Shown: one piece after another, positions 1 through 12,650 of the stretch
How positions within the stretch are numbered: position 1 is the stretch's first letter
How the letters are laid out: the number at the start of each line of letters is the position of its first letter
Position numbers and translations under genes: made by a program
Assembly: GCF_009834535.1 (NCBI RefSeq)
Contig: NC_045697.1
Span: 49,912,001 to 49,976,000 of the forward strand
DNA length: 64,000 nucleotides
Origin: Camelus ferus
Taxonomy: Eukaryota
Direction of reading: 5' to 3'
The notes under the pieces: generated by a model
Seen by the model: only the letters and a program-made list of their open reading frames with translations
The model's database searches: none
Told to the model about the DNA's origin: nothing

Positions 1-1582
1 GAGGCTCATCTTGAATAAAAGGCTGTTACAGCCCCAGGTACCTACAGGGGTAAAATGTAGTGTGGAGGCAGAGGCAGCAGTGGGAGGGGGGAATTCTGTT
101 CTTGACCCTGGGGATGGGCAGGGGAAAGCATAGGGTTTTTCCTGTCTTTGAATAGAGAACACGGAATATCATTTCTATGGTCTGGGAAGAGCTATGACTT
201 AGGGAAGAAGAGGGGATATATTCTATTTCTGACTTTCCTTCTATCTTGGCAGAATAGCAAGAATTTCAGCCCAGGTAGAGGGTCAGCAGCACACTAGGTT
301 TCTGAAGGTGAAAGTCATGTGGACTAGAGACTGGGCTGAACTCAGGTCTGGAAAACTAGTAACTAGCGTAAGTCCTTTGGGGAGACAGTCATTTCAGAAG
401 CTATTATATGTAAATAACGTAAATATAAAAGATAGCTTTTAACCTAAAAGTGCAACATATACATTTATTTCTTTCTATTTTCTTTCTAAAGTGAAATGCT
501 TTTCTGTGGAAAAGATAATAGGTAAGTGTATACACACACACACACATAAATTTATTCCTATACATATACATGTCCAAATTGACTTTCCATGCACTGTTCC
601 TTGTAACTTTTCCTTGGTTTCTCTATTTATAGATCTGTAAGATACTTCATGGTTACATAGAAATCCTTTCATCACTGTTCTTGCCTCCTCATTCTCAGAA
701 TGATTCCCTAAAGTCTTCTTCCGTGATGGACCAAAGCCTGACCTCTGACCTATGAACAAGAATTGAACTCTTTGATGTGATCTCTGCATACATTATTCAT
801 TGGGAAACTCTAAACATTAAATATTCACTGTGTAGGAGACCCACTTATATCCCTTCTTATGTTTAGTACATTTTAAATAGTCTCTTTTCTTCATTTTATC
901 TCTTTTTTTTTTTATCATATAGTCCACTTTACTTTGTTTTTATTTGCCCTTGCTCTCTGTTTTAAATGATACAGCTCTAATGGTCTCAAGGCTTAAGTCT
1001 TACAGTCTTCAGGGTCTGATGAGTTTCTCTCTGGCTTCCCAGTTTCTTGGGACATGCATAATGAGTTTTAGGGATGAAGAAGAGAAGACAGAGCCTGGAT
1101 GTCTGTGTTAGTTCTTTTTCTCCAGTCTTGAACTCCGGAATCCAAAAGAGCCCAAGAAGCAAGTTCTGTGCAGAGGGTCATCTCCAAGAATACCAGGATA
1201 AAAGGCAGATGAAAGAAATTTGTATGAAGAAAGGGATGAGTGATAGGAGGAAATATTGAAGAAAACTTCAAGGCAGAGAGGGAGCTATATGTTCTAGTTT
1301 GGGGAGGTGATGGGGAAATGGTAGTCCCCTCTGATGTATCTTGCCCTTAAGATGGGGAAAATTACATAACTCAGGAGGGAATGGTCCTTAGAAAGTTTGG
1401 TGACTGAGAAAAACCCTGGTGCACACTAATGGGACAGGTTGGTGTGAAGGAGACCTAACTATTGCTATGTGGTAAAGCCGTTGGTGAGACTGTTAGGAGA
1501 TTATCTTGTAGACTTTCCAGAGGTATCTGTCAGCTGAAATGGCTATTATTAGGAATAGTTGAAAAGGCATCAGAGAACACTT

Positions 1583-2890
1583 TAGTAGCCATGAGCACAC
1601 GTAGGACCTAGGTCTTGGCTTCTAAATATCATTCTCCCATAAGAATCTGGGGCTCCTTTGAGAAGTGGGTCACTCCAGGTCTGGAACAGGAAAATTCCAC
1701 TGTGAACTTGGGACAGTTTTTGTGCCAAAATGCAAGGAAGAGCTCAAAGGAGGGGGGCCATGTTCAGTGGACACAGGAGCCAGCTTGGAGGGTCTTCCAC
1801 TGGCCAAATCTGGGACAATTTGAGTATCATAATGGCTTTCAATAGTGATGGAGTATAACCCAAAAGAAAAAATAATCCTTGAGTCCATACTGATATAAAT
1901 AAATGAGTCAGGAAATAAAGGAGGGAGGAGAAAATGCTCCTCCTTACAGTAGAATTCCAACTAACAAAGACAAAGAGAACTGAAGGAGTTAGAAAATCAC
2001 CTTTTTGGCAGTCATTATAATAATAATTGTTTCAGGCAAAAATTACCCATGACTTCTAAAACCAGAGGGTGAAAGTATGATGAAAAACAAGATATTTACA
2101 TAGTTTCAAAGTATATCCCCATGATATACTTATTAATCTCAAAGAAAAAATAGTGTCCTTTCAGTGGAGGAACTTGACAAATCATCTTAACCATGCAATC
2201 AATGTAACATCATTAACATGGGCTGCACAGACACCTGGTGCCTCCTGGGGAGGACAGAACAACACACATGTGATGTTCCTGACGAAAACGTGTAACCTGA
2301 GTGTAATAATGAGGGGACTTCAGACAAACCCAAGTTAAGAAACAGTCTACAAAATAACTGGCTTGAATTCTTCAAACTATCAAAACTACAAAAGACAAAA
2401 AAAAAAAAAAAAAAAAAAAAAGAAAAAAAAAAGAACTGTTCCAGATTAAAGAAGAACAAAGAGACATGACAACCAGCTGTAATTGGTGATCCTGGATTTA
2501 CTCCTGGACAATTTAGGTCACGAGTGGGTTAATTGACAAACTTTGCTTAAGATCTGTCTATAAATCAGAGAACAATGTTGATGTTGGTAATGGTAATGGT
2601 ACTGCATCATTGTTAATTTATTGATTTTGGTAAATGCACAGCAATTATATATGAGATTGTCTTTATTTGTAGCAAATACAACTGAAGTATTGAAAGATAA
2701 GGGGGTATCCTGTCTAAAATTTACTTTCATGTATTTCAGAAGATAAATTTTATGCCAATGGATATAAGAGAATGATAAAGCAAATGTGATAAAATGATAA
2801 TATTTGAGGAATCTTGGTGTTGTCCGTGGGGATTCTTTGCACTATTTTAAAAACTTCCCAGGAAGTCTGAAATTATTTCAAAATTAAGTT
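1583..2890 (+). mobile_element. Old LINE-1 3'UTR remnant (L1MC4-like)
   Basis: Motifs 'tagtagccatgagcacac...ggtcttggcttctaaatatcattctcc', 'ggacacaggagccagcttggagg...ggccaaatctgggacaatttgag' and terminal 'gtctgaaattatttcaaaattaagtt' resemble the L1MC4 3' end (recall). Internal A-run at about 2397-2433. Confidence 0.75.
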
Positions 2891-4219
2891 ACCCTATAAA
2901 GGCTGCAGAGGGGCAGTTTTAAGTGTCAGCTCTGAAGCCACAGGTGACGTCGCTTCGTTTGAAGTTTTGCTAGAGATTCCAGGGATAAAAGGAACCAAGT
3001 TTAGGCATTAAAGACAGGCTTTCCTGCCTCTGGAGAAGATTACATTGCTTGTATAATAAAAAACCAAATGCTTAAAAAAACTGGATAAAATTTACTCTTC
3101 ACGTTTAACAAGAACAAAAATACCAGGTTTAACAATGTGAACTGCGGATGAAAATGATTTAAAAATGTAAAAGCAACTTGAAGGCACATATTTGTTACAA
3201 ATGAGCTCTAACTAACAATAATGTCCAGAGATGCCCATCTCCTTACTGTCATTAGTATGATGTCTGGGGTCTGTCAAGTCAAACAGAGATGAGAAACAGG
3301 CAGAATTCAATCAGCTGTTATTTAAATATCTGTCAGGTTTGTGGTGGGAGCCCAGAGCAAAATATGAAAAGCGTTCAGAGTGGAACCAGGCAGTAAATGA
3401 ATTAGTTAAATCTAATCAAGTGCTGAAATAATCTTGGTGGGGATTTGCAGACTCAAATCAGATTGAAGAAATAGAAAATGTGTAACTTGAATTCAGGGGG
3501 ATGTGAAGCTGACCTATTTGGAGATAGGCTTGGGTTCCCTCTTGGCAGAGTGGCGCTATAAAAGGGTTCCCCTTGGCCATTAGTGGCCTGTGGAAAGTCA
3601 GTCCTGGCCAAAGCCTTCGGCCAATAAGCAACCTCACTATGCCAAGACAGCCACCACAATTCACTTGTGATGACAAAGTCTAACTTGCTTTCTTTAGTCC
3701 GTATACCAAATTCATTTCACCCACGGGAAGCATTGAGTAATCTTAGAAATAATAAACTAAATCAAAATCATATTAATACTTTTCTGTTGATTAAACCAGA
3801 ATAGAAGCACATTTGGATTTAAATAGAATTAAATATATTATAAACACGTCAGTCTTGTAATTCTCACTTAAAATATGTAATTCAGTAGTTGATTTAGATT
3901 TATGGTTTCTAAGTTAGATGCATAAAATATTTTACTAAGTTTGTAAATAATGCTGACTGTTTAAGAGAGCTCAGAATTCATTATATTTTAAATTTAATCT
4001 ATTGAATTTAGTTGAGTTTTTAAGTGCTTGGGAGAATTTTCCTTACAGTGACATTCAAAAGGTGCATTCAAAGTAGGCAATTATATTAAATATGTAAAAG
4101 TAGTCAAAATGTTCAAGAGGTCTTACGTGTATAAAAGAAACCAAATAAACTGAGTTGATCAAAAGTTAATCAAATATTTGTTTTGACTCCTTGGGAGTAA
4201 GTGTTAATATTAACTACTT

Positions 4220-4710
4220 TATTTTTAAATTTAATTTATTTTTTCTAGTTTTATTGAGATATAATTGACATATTACATTATATTAGTTTAAGGTGTACAA
4301 CATAATGATTTTAGGAATGTATATATTGCCACATGATTGCCACAACCTGTTTAGTTAGCATCCATCACCTCATATAGTTACATTTTCTTTTTTCTTATAA
4401 TGAGAACTTTTAAGATCTATTCTCTTGGTAACTTTCAGATATACAATGAAGCATTTTTTGTTTTACAGTTACCATGCTGTTTGTTACATCCTCAGAATTT
4501 ATTTATCTTATAATTGGGAATTTGTACCTTTTGAGCACCTTCACCCATTTGCCCACCTTCCACCCCTGCCTCTGACAACCACCAATCTGTTCTCTGTTTC
4601 TATGAAGTCATTTTTTTTTAGATTCCACATATAAGAGAGATCATAAAGTATTTATCTTTCTTTGCCTGATTTATTTCTCTTGAGCATAATGTCCTCAAGG
4701 TCCATCCATT
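4220..4710 (-). mobile_element. LINE-1 3' fragment (L1MA9-like)
   Basis: T-rich tail, then 'ttttattgagatataattgacata...tgagaacttttaagatctattctc...agattccacatataag', the reverse complement of an L1 3'UTR and ORF2 end. Similar to the copy at 48487-48828. Confidence 0.85.
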
Positions 4711-5479
4711 TATAGAATGAAACTTATAAATTGAAATTAAAAGCTGAAGGAAAACTATGTTTTTGACTTGGTAACTTTAATAAACTGAATATTAATTAGG
4801 AAAAAAAACACCCTGAATTGAAGTAGCAACTCAAACAAACAAAAAACCCACATTGATACCTACAATAAATCTCATATAGATATATTTGAGGAAATTTATC
4901 TTTGAAATGGAAAGTGAAATTATAAATAAAACTTTAGCAATAGTGAATTAAAATACCCACTAGGATATTTAAAGATGTATAGTGTATACCAAATGCTTAA
5001 ACGAAATTTGTTGTTAGTGAAATAAGCTATATAGCACATGGTAATTGTACATAAGTGCATCTTTGCTTCTTCAAACCTGGGGTTTTATCCCCAAGTAGTC
5101 ATATCATTGAAAATAGGAAGAAATAAATAAGATTATAAAGCAGACATAATATGCATCATTGTCATTCAGAAATGTAGAATTCTGGCTTAGATCAACTATA
5201 TGGAAATAAAAAAAAATGGATGCCAGGTAAGTCCAAAATCCTACATCAAATTAATACAAAACATCTGGAGAAAATTATTTTTTGGCATTAAGGTCACTAC
5301 TTTTACATGAAGTAACAAAATAGAGTCTTACAGTGAAATTTATATACTATTGAATGTGCACTTAAAAAAGGAAAACAAAAAAGGTTTAGAATTAAGGAAA
5401 TGTAATGACTCCTGCATAAGGCTAAATCTAAAATCAGGACAGAAGTAAATTCCTTTAAAAATAATACAGAATGGATGAA

Positions 5480-5966
5480 TGTACTGGTTAGGACACAGAT
5501 TAAGCTATATGTAAAAGAGACCCCAAATTACAGTGGACTAAACCTTTTGTATTATTTCTGATTGATGTACAGCTCAAGGGAGTGAGACCTGGGCTGCCAC
5601 AGTAGCTCTGCTCTGTTAGATTCTCCAGAGACCCAGCCTCCTTCTATTCGTGGCTTCTCTATCTCTGGATCTTGCTCTCGTCCACATGGTCCAAGTTATC
5701 TTGCCACCAATTCTAGATTCTAAGCTGCAGGTCATAGGAGGGCAGAAAAGAGATGACCCTCCCTTTAAGGACATTGTCTAGAAGTGGTGTTGTGCACATC
5801 ACTTATACTCACATCTCATTGTCCAGAACTCAGCTACATAGCTCCATCAAACTGGACGAGAGGCTGGGAAATGTCTATTCCAGTGGCCAGGAGCCCAACC
5901 AAAATTCTATTGCAATGGAAGACGGGGAGAATGGATATTGGGGAACAGTTAGTAGTAGCTGTCATA
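5480..5966 (-). mobile_element. MaLR solo LTR (MLT1K/J-like)
   Basis: 'gagaccccaaattacagtgg', 'ctcacatctcattgtccagaactcag', 'gaggctgggaaatgt', 'ggggagaatggatattggggaacagttag' are typical of the MLT1J/K reverse complement. Confidence 0.75.
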
Positions 5967-6499
5967 GCAACCTGAGAAATGAAAAGGAAGAAGAAACACA
6001 CCTGAAGAGAGGAAGGCCCTTGTACCTTTCCATCAGCACCCCTGGACTCTGAGGCCCCTGTTGTCACATTTCCCGGGGTGGTGCCTGAGACTGAGGGCGG
6101 TGATGCAAGGGGAATTTCTTGATCATACACAGGCTGTTAGAGAGAGATTTGGCTTGTGATTCAGCCAACCAGTGTCACCTATCGTGAGGATTATTTCCAG
6201 AAATTTCGAACCATTTCTTTCTAGAGGAAAGCCTGACTTTTCGAGAGAAAAACTGCTACACAGAGCCTGCATATGGGACTAAGATACGGTCCGACACTAT
6301 GGGGTCAGATTTGGGAGTAGAGGAAGAAGTAGTGAATGATGGATTTTATTTGATCAGAACCTTCTGAATGGGACTGATAGGGAATAAGAATGTCTCAGCA
6401 TAAAAGAATCATTTTTTTGAGATTGAGGAGTGAGGGTTGTTTGGAATTGAAAAAACAGAAAACATTTAATGTGTTTTAGGAATTGGTTAGAGGCTTTGC

Positions 6500-6685
6500 T
6501 TGAATGCAGTTAATTCTTACAATGACTATGAATTAGGTACTATTATTATTCGTATTTTGTAGATGGGGTAGGTGGGGTGCCAAGTTATTAACTTGCTCAG
6601 GGTCCCACACGTGGCTGAAACTGGAATTTGAACCTAAGCATTTTGGCTCCAGTAACTGTGCATGTAACTGCTGTACTCCACAGCT
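6500..6685 (-). mobile_element. MIR SINE remnant
   Basis: 'aggtactattattattcgtattttgtagatgggg...taacttgctcagggtcccacac...ggaatttgaacctaagc' matches the MIR core reverse complement. Confidence 0.75.
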
Positions 6686-7724
6686 CAGCAATCTTTTTTT
6701 AAAGAAGGGAAATGATCTCATGTTAATCCCAGACCAGCCTGTGCAGAGTTCAATGTTGGGAAACATGGTTGTCACACTTAAAGCCTAATAGAATAAAAAC
6801 TGGACTGTGAGTTAACTGGAGGAGTGCAAGAGTGAAGGAGTTTAGGAAGAAACAATTAAACATTCAAGCCTGTAAACTGTCTATCCTGCAGCAAGGAGCA
6901 TCAAACCAGAGTCCAGAGAGCCTGGGCAGCATACCCAGATGTTTCTATCATTTTCTATTTCATTAATTTGAACAGTGCACTTAGCCAAGTGCTAGAAAAT
7001 TTTAATTCTGTAACTTTTCTGTGTCTCAGTTTTTGCACCCACAAAATGGAAATACCTCTTCTCCGCACAAGCATATTTTAGTGGGAATAAATGCTTGAAA
7101 ATCTTTGGAAATTTTAATTATAACATTTAAAGCAGTTACTCTAAGTAGTCACATTAGCTCAATGGTAAGGAAAATATTACCCAAACAAGCACACCTGTGT
7201 TTGATAAAATTCCAGAGGACCTGGCAAAAGCAGGCACCAGTGAAGAGGAGGTGAGTGGAGAATTATAGAAAGGCATAATTCTCCTATACGGATGGCTCGT
7301 TGTTTAAGGATGGGTTGAGGAGGCACTGACTCATTATCAGAAATGATATTATTAGAAATTAACACCTTTGCTGGGTAACTTGCATGTTCATGTTGGGTAA
7401 AAGATGGCCTAAAGAGGGCCATGGATTGGCAGCAATGGCTTCAAACTTTCCAAGCACATAGTCAAGGTGGTTGGTAAATGACTGGCCTTCCTACTTACGA
7501 GAACAAACATGAAGATACCACAACCCCTGCACAGCAGGCCTCTGGCTGTGATAGCGCCAAGGTCTCTGGCTTTCTTGATCCAGCTGGCACAGAAGCATTT
7601 GGGAGGCGGCTGGTTTGGGGCTGAAGCAGTAGCCCATGATTTAGAGCAGCTCCCCTCTGTGCGCAGATATTTAACTATGTGTGAGAGGGAGCATTACCAA
7701 GCAAGGGCATCTGGGATCATTCAG

Positions 7725-7930
7725 CGTAACCTTGACTTCTGGTCCCTCCCATCAGATACGTGACCTTGAATAAGTGACATCCTCTTGAAGCTTCAGTTTC
7801 CCTGTCTGTAAAATGCAAATAAGCAGCCCTACTTCCTAAGATTGTTGGGAGGGTTAGAGGAGTATGCAAAGTGCTTAGCACTGTGATGGAGTCATAGAAA
7901 AGGCTAAGATCATGGTAGCTATTATTTTAA
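7725..7930 (+). mobile_element. MIR SINE remnant
   Basis: 'gtgaccttgaataagtgac...cttcagtttccctgtctgtaaaatg...aaagtgcttagcac' MIR core and tail. Confidence 0.75.
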
Positions 7931-9384
7931 TATTATCACTCTTAGGGGACTAAGAGCCAATTCCATTGGCAGTAGATTCTAACTAACTCTATTATCACTT
8001 TGGAAATCAGACTAATCTACATGTGAAGAGCGTGGTCCAGGATTTTTGTCTGCCTCCCACCCTCTCAACAAGGGACTACAAGGAGCTTATGGTAATACCA
8101 GCTACCCATGTGTCTTCCATGAGCATTTGCAAAAGTATGATAAATTACTCAAACTGTGGCAAAGTCTCTGTCCCTCCTATGAGACCTAGGGATAGGAATG
8201 TGAGTTAGCCAAAGCGATATACAACAATTTTGAAGTTACTGGAACATGTTGGAGCAATAGAGTATCTTGATCTTTCTGAGAAAATTTTGTAAGTGTTCTG
8301 CTATAATTATATGTAAATCTGAAACTTGGCACCAGTATATTTCTGTTTAGCAAATGTGTCTAAATAAATTGATTCACCTAAGATGGAATGGGTATCTCCA
8401 AATATTAGTATTTTTTTTGCCTCTGGGTTGATTTCTTTCCAGCCTGGTGTAATTCCAGGCAGCACGCCATTGTCCCAAATGCATTTCTGATTGATTTTCT
8501 GCCTAACAACTGACAACTTTTCAGCAGGAGGTCTGAGTCCAGGCCTCCTTTTTTAATGCTTCAGAGTGTAATAGGATCCTGATGGATGGTTCTGAATAAC
8601 AACTGGCTTTTTGTGATGGAAAAGAAAGTGTAGGACTTGGTTCCCAAACACACACTGACTTCTTCCATATGGATTACATTATTGTATATTATGAGTAGGG
8701 GCGGGGAAGAGGATGGTTGCTTTTATGGGAAAGGTCAGGATCTAATTCTATTATTATCTTCTTGCTTATAATTTAAAGAATTCTGTTCCCACTTGGATTC
8801 ACTGATTTATGAAAGTGCTTGTTGAAGGTGGTTGCATAATCTACCTGATTCCTTATGTACTTTTACAAAAGGCATTTAAAATCTCACTTTAAAATATGAT
8901 TCTAACCGGGTATCAAGAGTCAGAAATTGCTTAGTGGTTCGTTCTGGTGCTTAATGATACAACTTGTGTTTTGTTTTGATTAAATTTGATTCTAATTAAG
9001 CAGACTACCATTGGCTCCCAAGGGTTTCTCCGACAAGCAGTTGTGTTTGATATTTGCATCTGAGTTATTCCTGAAGGATGGGAACTTCTTGGACAAACCC
9101 CCAAGTCAATCAAAAGGATTACCAGGACATTAATCCCAAATATCAAATCCCCAGCTGTTGGTAAAAATGTATGAGCTCTGCTTCTAAATGACCACAGTTG
9201 AATGACACTGGAGTTTAAAGATTCTTTTAAGTGGCAGATGGAATTCCGATTGGTTTAACTATTTATAAGTTCACAGGAGTCTTTGTTCTGCTTAGGTGGC
9301 CAACCTAGGAGATTCTAAAGGCAAAATCATATTAATTGGTACCAATGGATATACACACCAAAGTCTAATGTTCCATTTTCATAA

Positions 9385-10205
9385 CCTTGTTCATGCTGCT
9401 TCTCAGTCTGGACAGTCTTTTCCCATTCTCTTACTATATCTAAATACTTCCAAATGCACCTCATAATCTACTGTTGTTACGGAAACGACAGGCCAGCCAA
9501 GAAACAAGCACCACTTGGCGGAGGGTTGGAGTACTCAGATGTATTATGCCAGCGGGCTCAGAGGGGCTTCTGCTCCGAAGCTCTGAGCACCTCCAAGACG
9601 TGCGCATGAGGTTTTATAGGGTAAAGTACAAGCTTGGGGTATTCGGCCAATAGGCATGGAACAGCTTTAGCAGCATTATCATCACAAAAGTGGAGGCAGG
9701 GAGGCAGCAAACCAACATTCCAAAGCCAGATATATATCTTTGAAAATCCAGCTGGCTAGCAAAAAAAACATGAACAGCAAACCAACACTAATTAACCTAG
9801 ATTTACAAGTTAGTCTAGCAGAACTCAGATCAGTATTCCAATACTTAGATTTGTGAGTTATCCTGCCAGCCCAGCCCAGCCTCTCCTTCACATTCCTAGA
9901 CTTGTGAGTTATCTTGTTAGACCAGCCCAGTTTTTCCTTCACACTGTGAAGTCCTCTTGGTTACTTTGACCCCATGACCTCTTCTGTTTTTCACCTCTTA
10001 ATGCATTTGTGGTCTGCACCATCCAACTCAGTTTATAATTATGTATCATGTATTTCTCTCATTAATATTTATTTGTACATTGGTTCTTCCTCTCTCAACT
10101 ACTGTTCCTTGAGGGTAGGGATGTTATTTCATACCATTTTTATAACCTCCTTCTCTCCTTGACAGTGCCCAACTCAGTGCCAAACATCCACAAACTAACT
10201 AAACA
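9385..10205 (+). mobile_element. L2 3' remnant split by the ERV1 LTR
   Basis: 'ttgttcatgctgcttctcagtctgga', then after the LTR 'actgttccttgagggtagggatg...cccaactcagtgcc' resemble the L2 3' end. Confidence 0.55.
9475..9943 (-). mobile_element. ERV1-class solo LTR, relatively young (469 bp)
   Basis: TG...CA ends (tgttac...ttcaca) and a perfect 4-bp TSD ctgt (9471-9474 and 9944-9947). TATAAAA on the minus strand near 9612-9618. Retains CpGs. Interrupts an L2-like remnant. Confidence 0.85.
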
Positions 10206-10444
10206 TTTATATACAATTTAAAATATCACTATTGAAAGCTTTTGAAAAAGTCAGTAACTTGGGAGTTATACGTTTTAAGCCATTATCAGCTGATACCTTA
10301 ATTAGAAATTAACACTTTCGCTAGGTAACTTGTGTATTCAGGTAGGAGAAAAGATGGCACAGACAGGGCTATGGAGACGGATAGAGAATGGGTTTCACTT
10401 ACTTCATATTGTTGCCTCCGTTTCCCCAAATCATTTAAAGCAGA

Positions 10445-10988
10445 CATAGTAGATTGATCAGGGAAAGCACCTCAGCAGATATTTCAACAGAAGAATTTAA
10501 TATAAGAAACTGGTCCAACAACTGTGAGAAACGGAAAAAGCAGAAGGGGACACTAGGATGTCACAGAGATAGAAACTGTAGGAAACCCTGGGTGAAACAG
10601 AGGAAGAGTTTGTGGTGATGAGAACTCAGAAGCTGGGAGGAGAGATCCCATGGAACTGCTCTCAGACTTCTGAGGAGGGCAAGGTGAGAGGTTCTGAGGA
10701 TAACAAAAAATGACGCTGGAGCCTGGGACCAACTGCTTGTCAGGGCAAAAAAGCCATTGCTGAGGGGCGCTGACCGAAAGAGCAAGCAAACGGGGGAATG
10801 GGTTGGAACCAGACTGACTCCTCTTCTCTAGTCCTCCAGCCTCACTCTAGTGCCCCTTGTTGATAAGAACCTATTAGGAGCCGCGGGTGAAGGAAGAAAA
10901 TCATTTTCAGAATCCTGGCCACAGAACCAGAGAAGAGGAGCACAAAATGACTTTGGAGTTGAGCGTTAATAGCTTCTTATCTGGTACA
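10445..10988 (-). mobile_element. ERVL solo LTR (LTR41-like)
   Basis: Minus strand begins 'tgtaccagataagaagctattaacgctcaactccaaa' and contains 'aggttcttatcaacaaggggcactagagtgaggctggagg', resembling LTR41 (recall). Confidence 0.65.
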
Positions 10989-12089
10989 TACATTAATAAT
11001 ACATATTCCCTTTCTACCTCATGTCTGGCTGAGGAGGATGATAAAGAGAATAGAAACACACCTGAAGTAACAGGTGAGAGACAGGCAGGCCCTTTAGTGT
11101 TTGCCAGAATGGAAAGGTGAGGAGTGGGGCCAGGAGTCACGTGGCCTTTTGCTGAGGCCCCAGCCTGGACACACCAGTCTTCAGAGGGAGCCTTGATCTC
11201 CTTTCTTTCTGCCTTCTTTCTATTTCTGTAATGAAAATGGCCTTCCATGACTCATCTTTGGGGCTTCCACTGGTTTTAAAGAGTACGTGCTTTGTCCTCT
11301 CACTAACCTTCATTTTTGTGGGGCCTCCTCCATTTCCCTGGAGAAACTGTGGTGGAAACAGCAAAGGTGACACTTTTGGCATGATGCAGTCATCTGGAGG
11401 AGCTCCAGCTGATTAAATCAATGGTTAGCATTCTCTGAAATTCAACTCTTAGCATGTTGATCACCACGTCACCCAAATCTGGGTGACAGTTGTGTTTCCT
11501 CAGGGTCACCTGATCCACAGTGGGCGACCAATGTGTTGAAGAGTCCTGTGTATGGCTACTCAGGATTGACTCCAACAGGGAAACACACACAGAGAAGTAT
11601 GATTATTGTTTGTTATGATTTGCCTGCTCCGTACAGAACCCAGCACCTTTGTTAGAGGAAGGAGCTCATTTTACATTAAAAATAAGCCCACAGTAAAGAA
11701 AACATGTATTGTGAATATAAAAGAAAGATGAAACGCTACGAAAATCTCAGTGGGAATTCTCCAGATAATGAGGAGTCGGGAGTTGTGATACGGTCACAGG
11801 ACCTGCTACATGGTGGGCTCAGAAATTAATCCACGTCCATGGATGAACTGCATCTGTGCTGATCACACTGCTGCCACGGCAGGCCCTCTTCCACTCAACA
11901 CGCTGTGAATCGCTTCACTTTCGGAAGGAATCTTGATGGAAATTCCTTAATAATGGAAGTCTATTCCTCCATTGTGAGAAACCACTCTGAATTTCTCTGT
12001 TTTTGAGGGTTGAAATTTTAGTATAACGGCCTTACATTCAATTGAGTGAAACAGTATAAAGCACTCTTTGAAATTCCATCATGGGTTAG

Positions 12090-12280
12090 GCCATTTAATT
12101 CTCACACCCCTAAGAGAACATGTCTTCATTAACATCCATTCTGCAGCTAAGGAAACTTAAGCAGAGAAAGATTAAGCAACATATCCAAGGTTATGCAGCT
12201 GGTAGGTGGCAGATTAAGGATTCAAACTCAGTTAGGATGGCCTTAGAGCCCACAGTCCTCCACATTATGCTCCATGCCAC
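12090..12280 (-). mobile_element. MIR SINE remnant
   Basis: 'catttaattctcacacc...tccattctgcagctaaggaaacttaagcagagaaagattaagcaac'. Confidence 0.7.
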
Positions 12281-12469
12281 ACTGCCTCACGGGGCCACCA
12301 AGTTCCTGTTGTTGGCAAGGAGAGAGTTACGCCAATAGTTAGCAGTTATACGGGCAAAAGTTACAGGTTACCCCTGGAGGAACGTCCAATGTGTTCATGG
12401 TTCAGAACACACTGTTACTCTCTAACATTATTCTGATGTCTAAGGAGGAAGGGGAGGAAGAAGAGATGG

Positions 12470-12650
12470 AACAATTGAGCATCTACTGAGCTAAGCATTT
12501 TCCCATATCCTGTAAGTTAGATATTATCAGACCCATTTTTCAGAGAAGAAACTTGAAGGTTCAGAGACAGTAAGTAACTTGGCCAAATCATTGAACTAGT
12601 AATAGAACTGATGTTTGAGTCCATAGACCTTGAATATTCATGTTCTAACC
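12470..12650 (-). mobile_element. MIR SINE remnant
   Basis: 'cccatttttcagagaagaaacttgaaggttcagagacagtaagtaacttggccaa'. Confidence 0.7.

Noticed and set aside
2199..2459. Poly-Phe ORF
   Set aside because: Reverse complement of an A-run inside an old L1 3'UTR.
9682..9942. 86-aa ORF with internal peptide repeat (KEKLGW..ITHKS)
   Set aside because: Produced by the tandem repeat in the LTR U3. No coding evidence.
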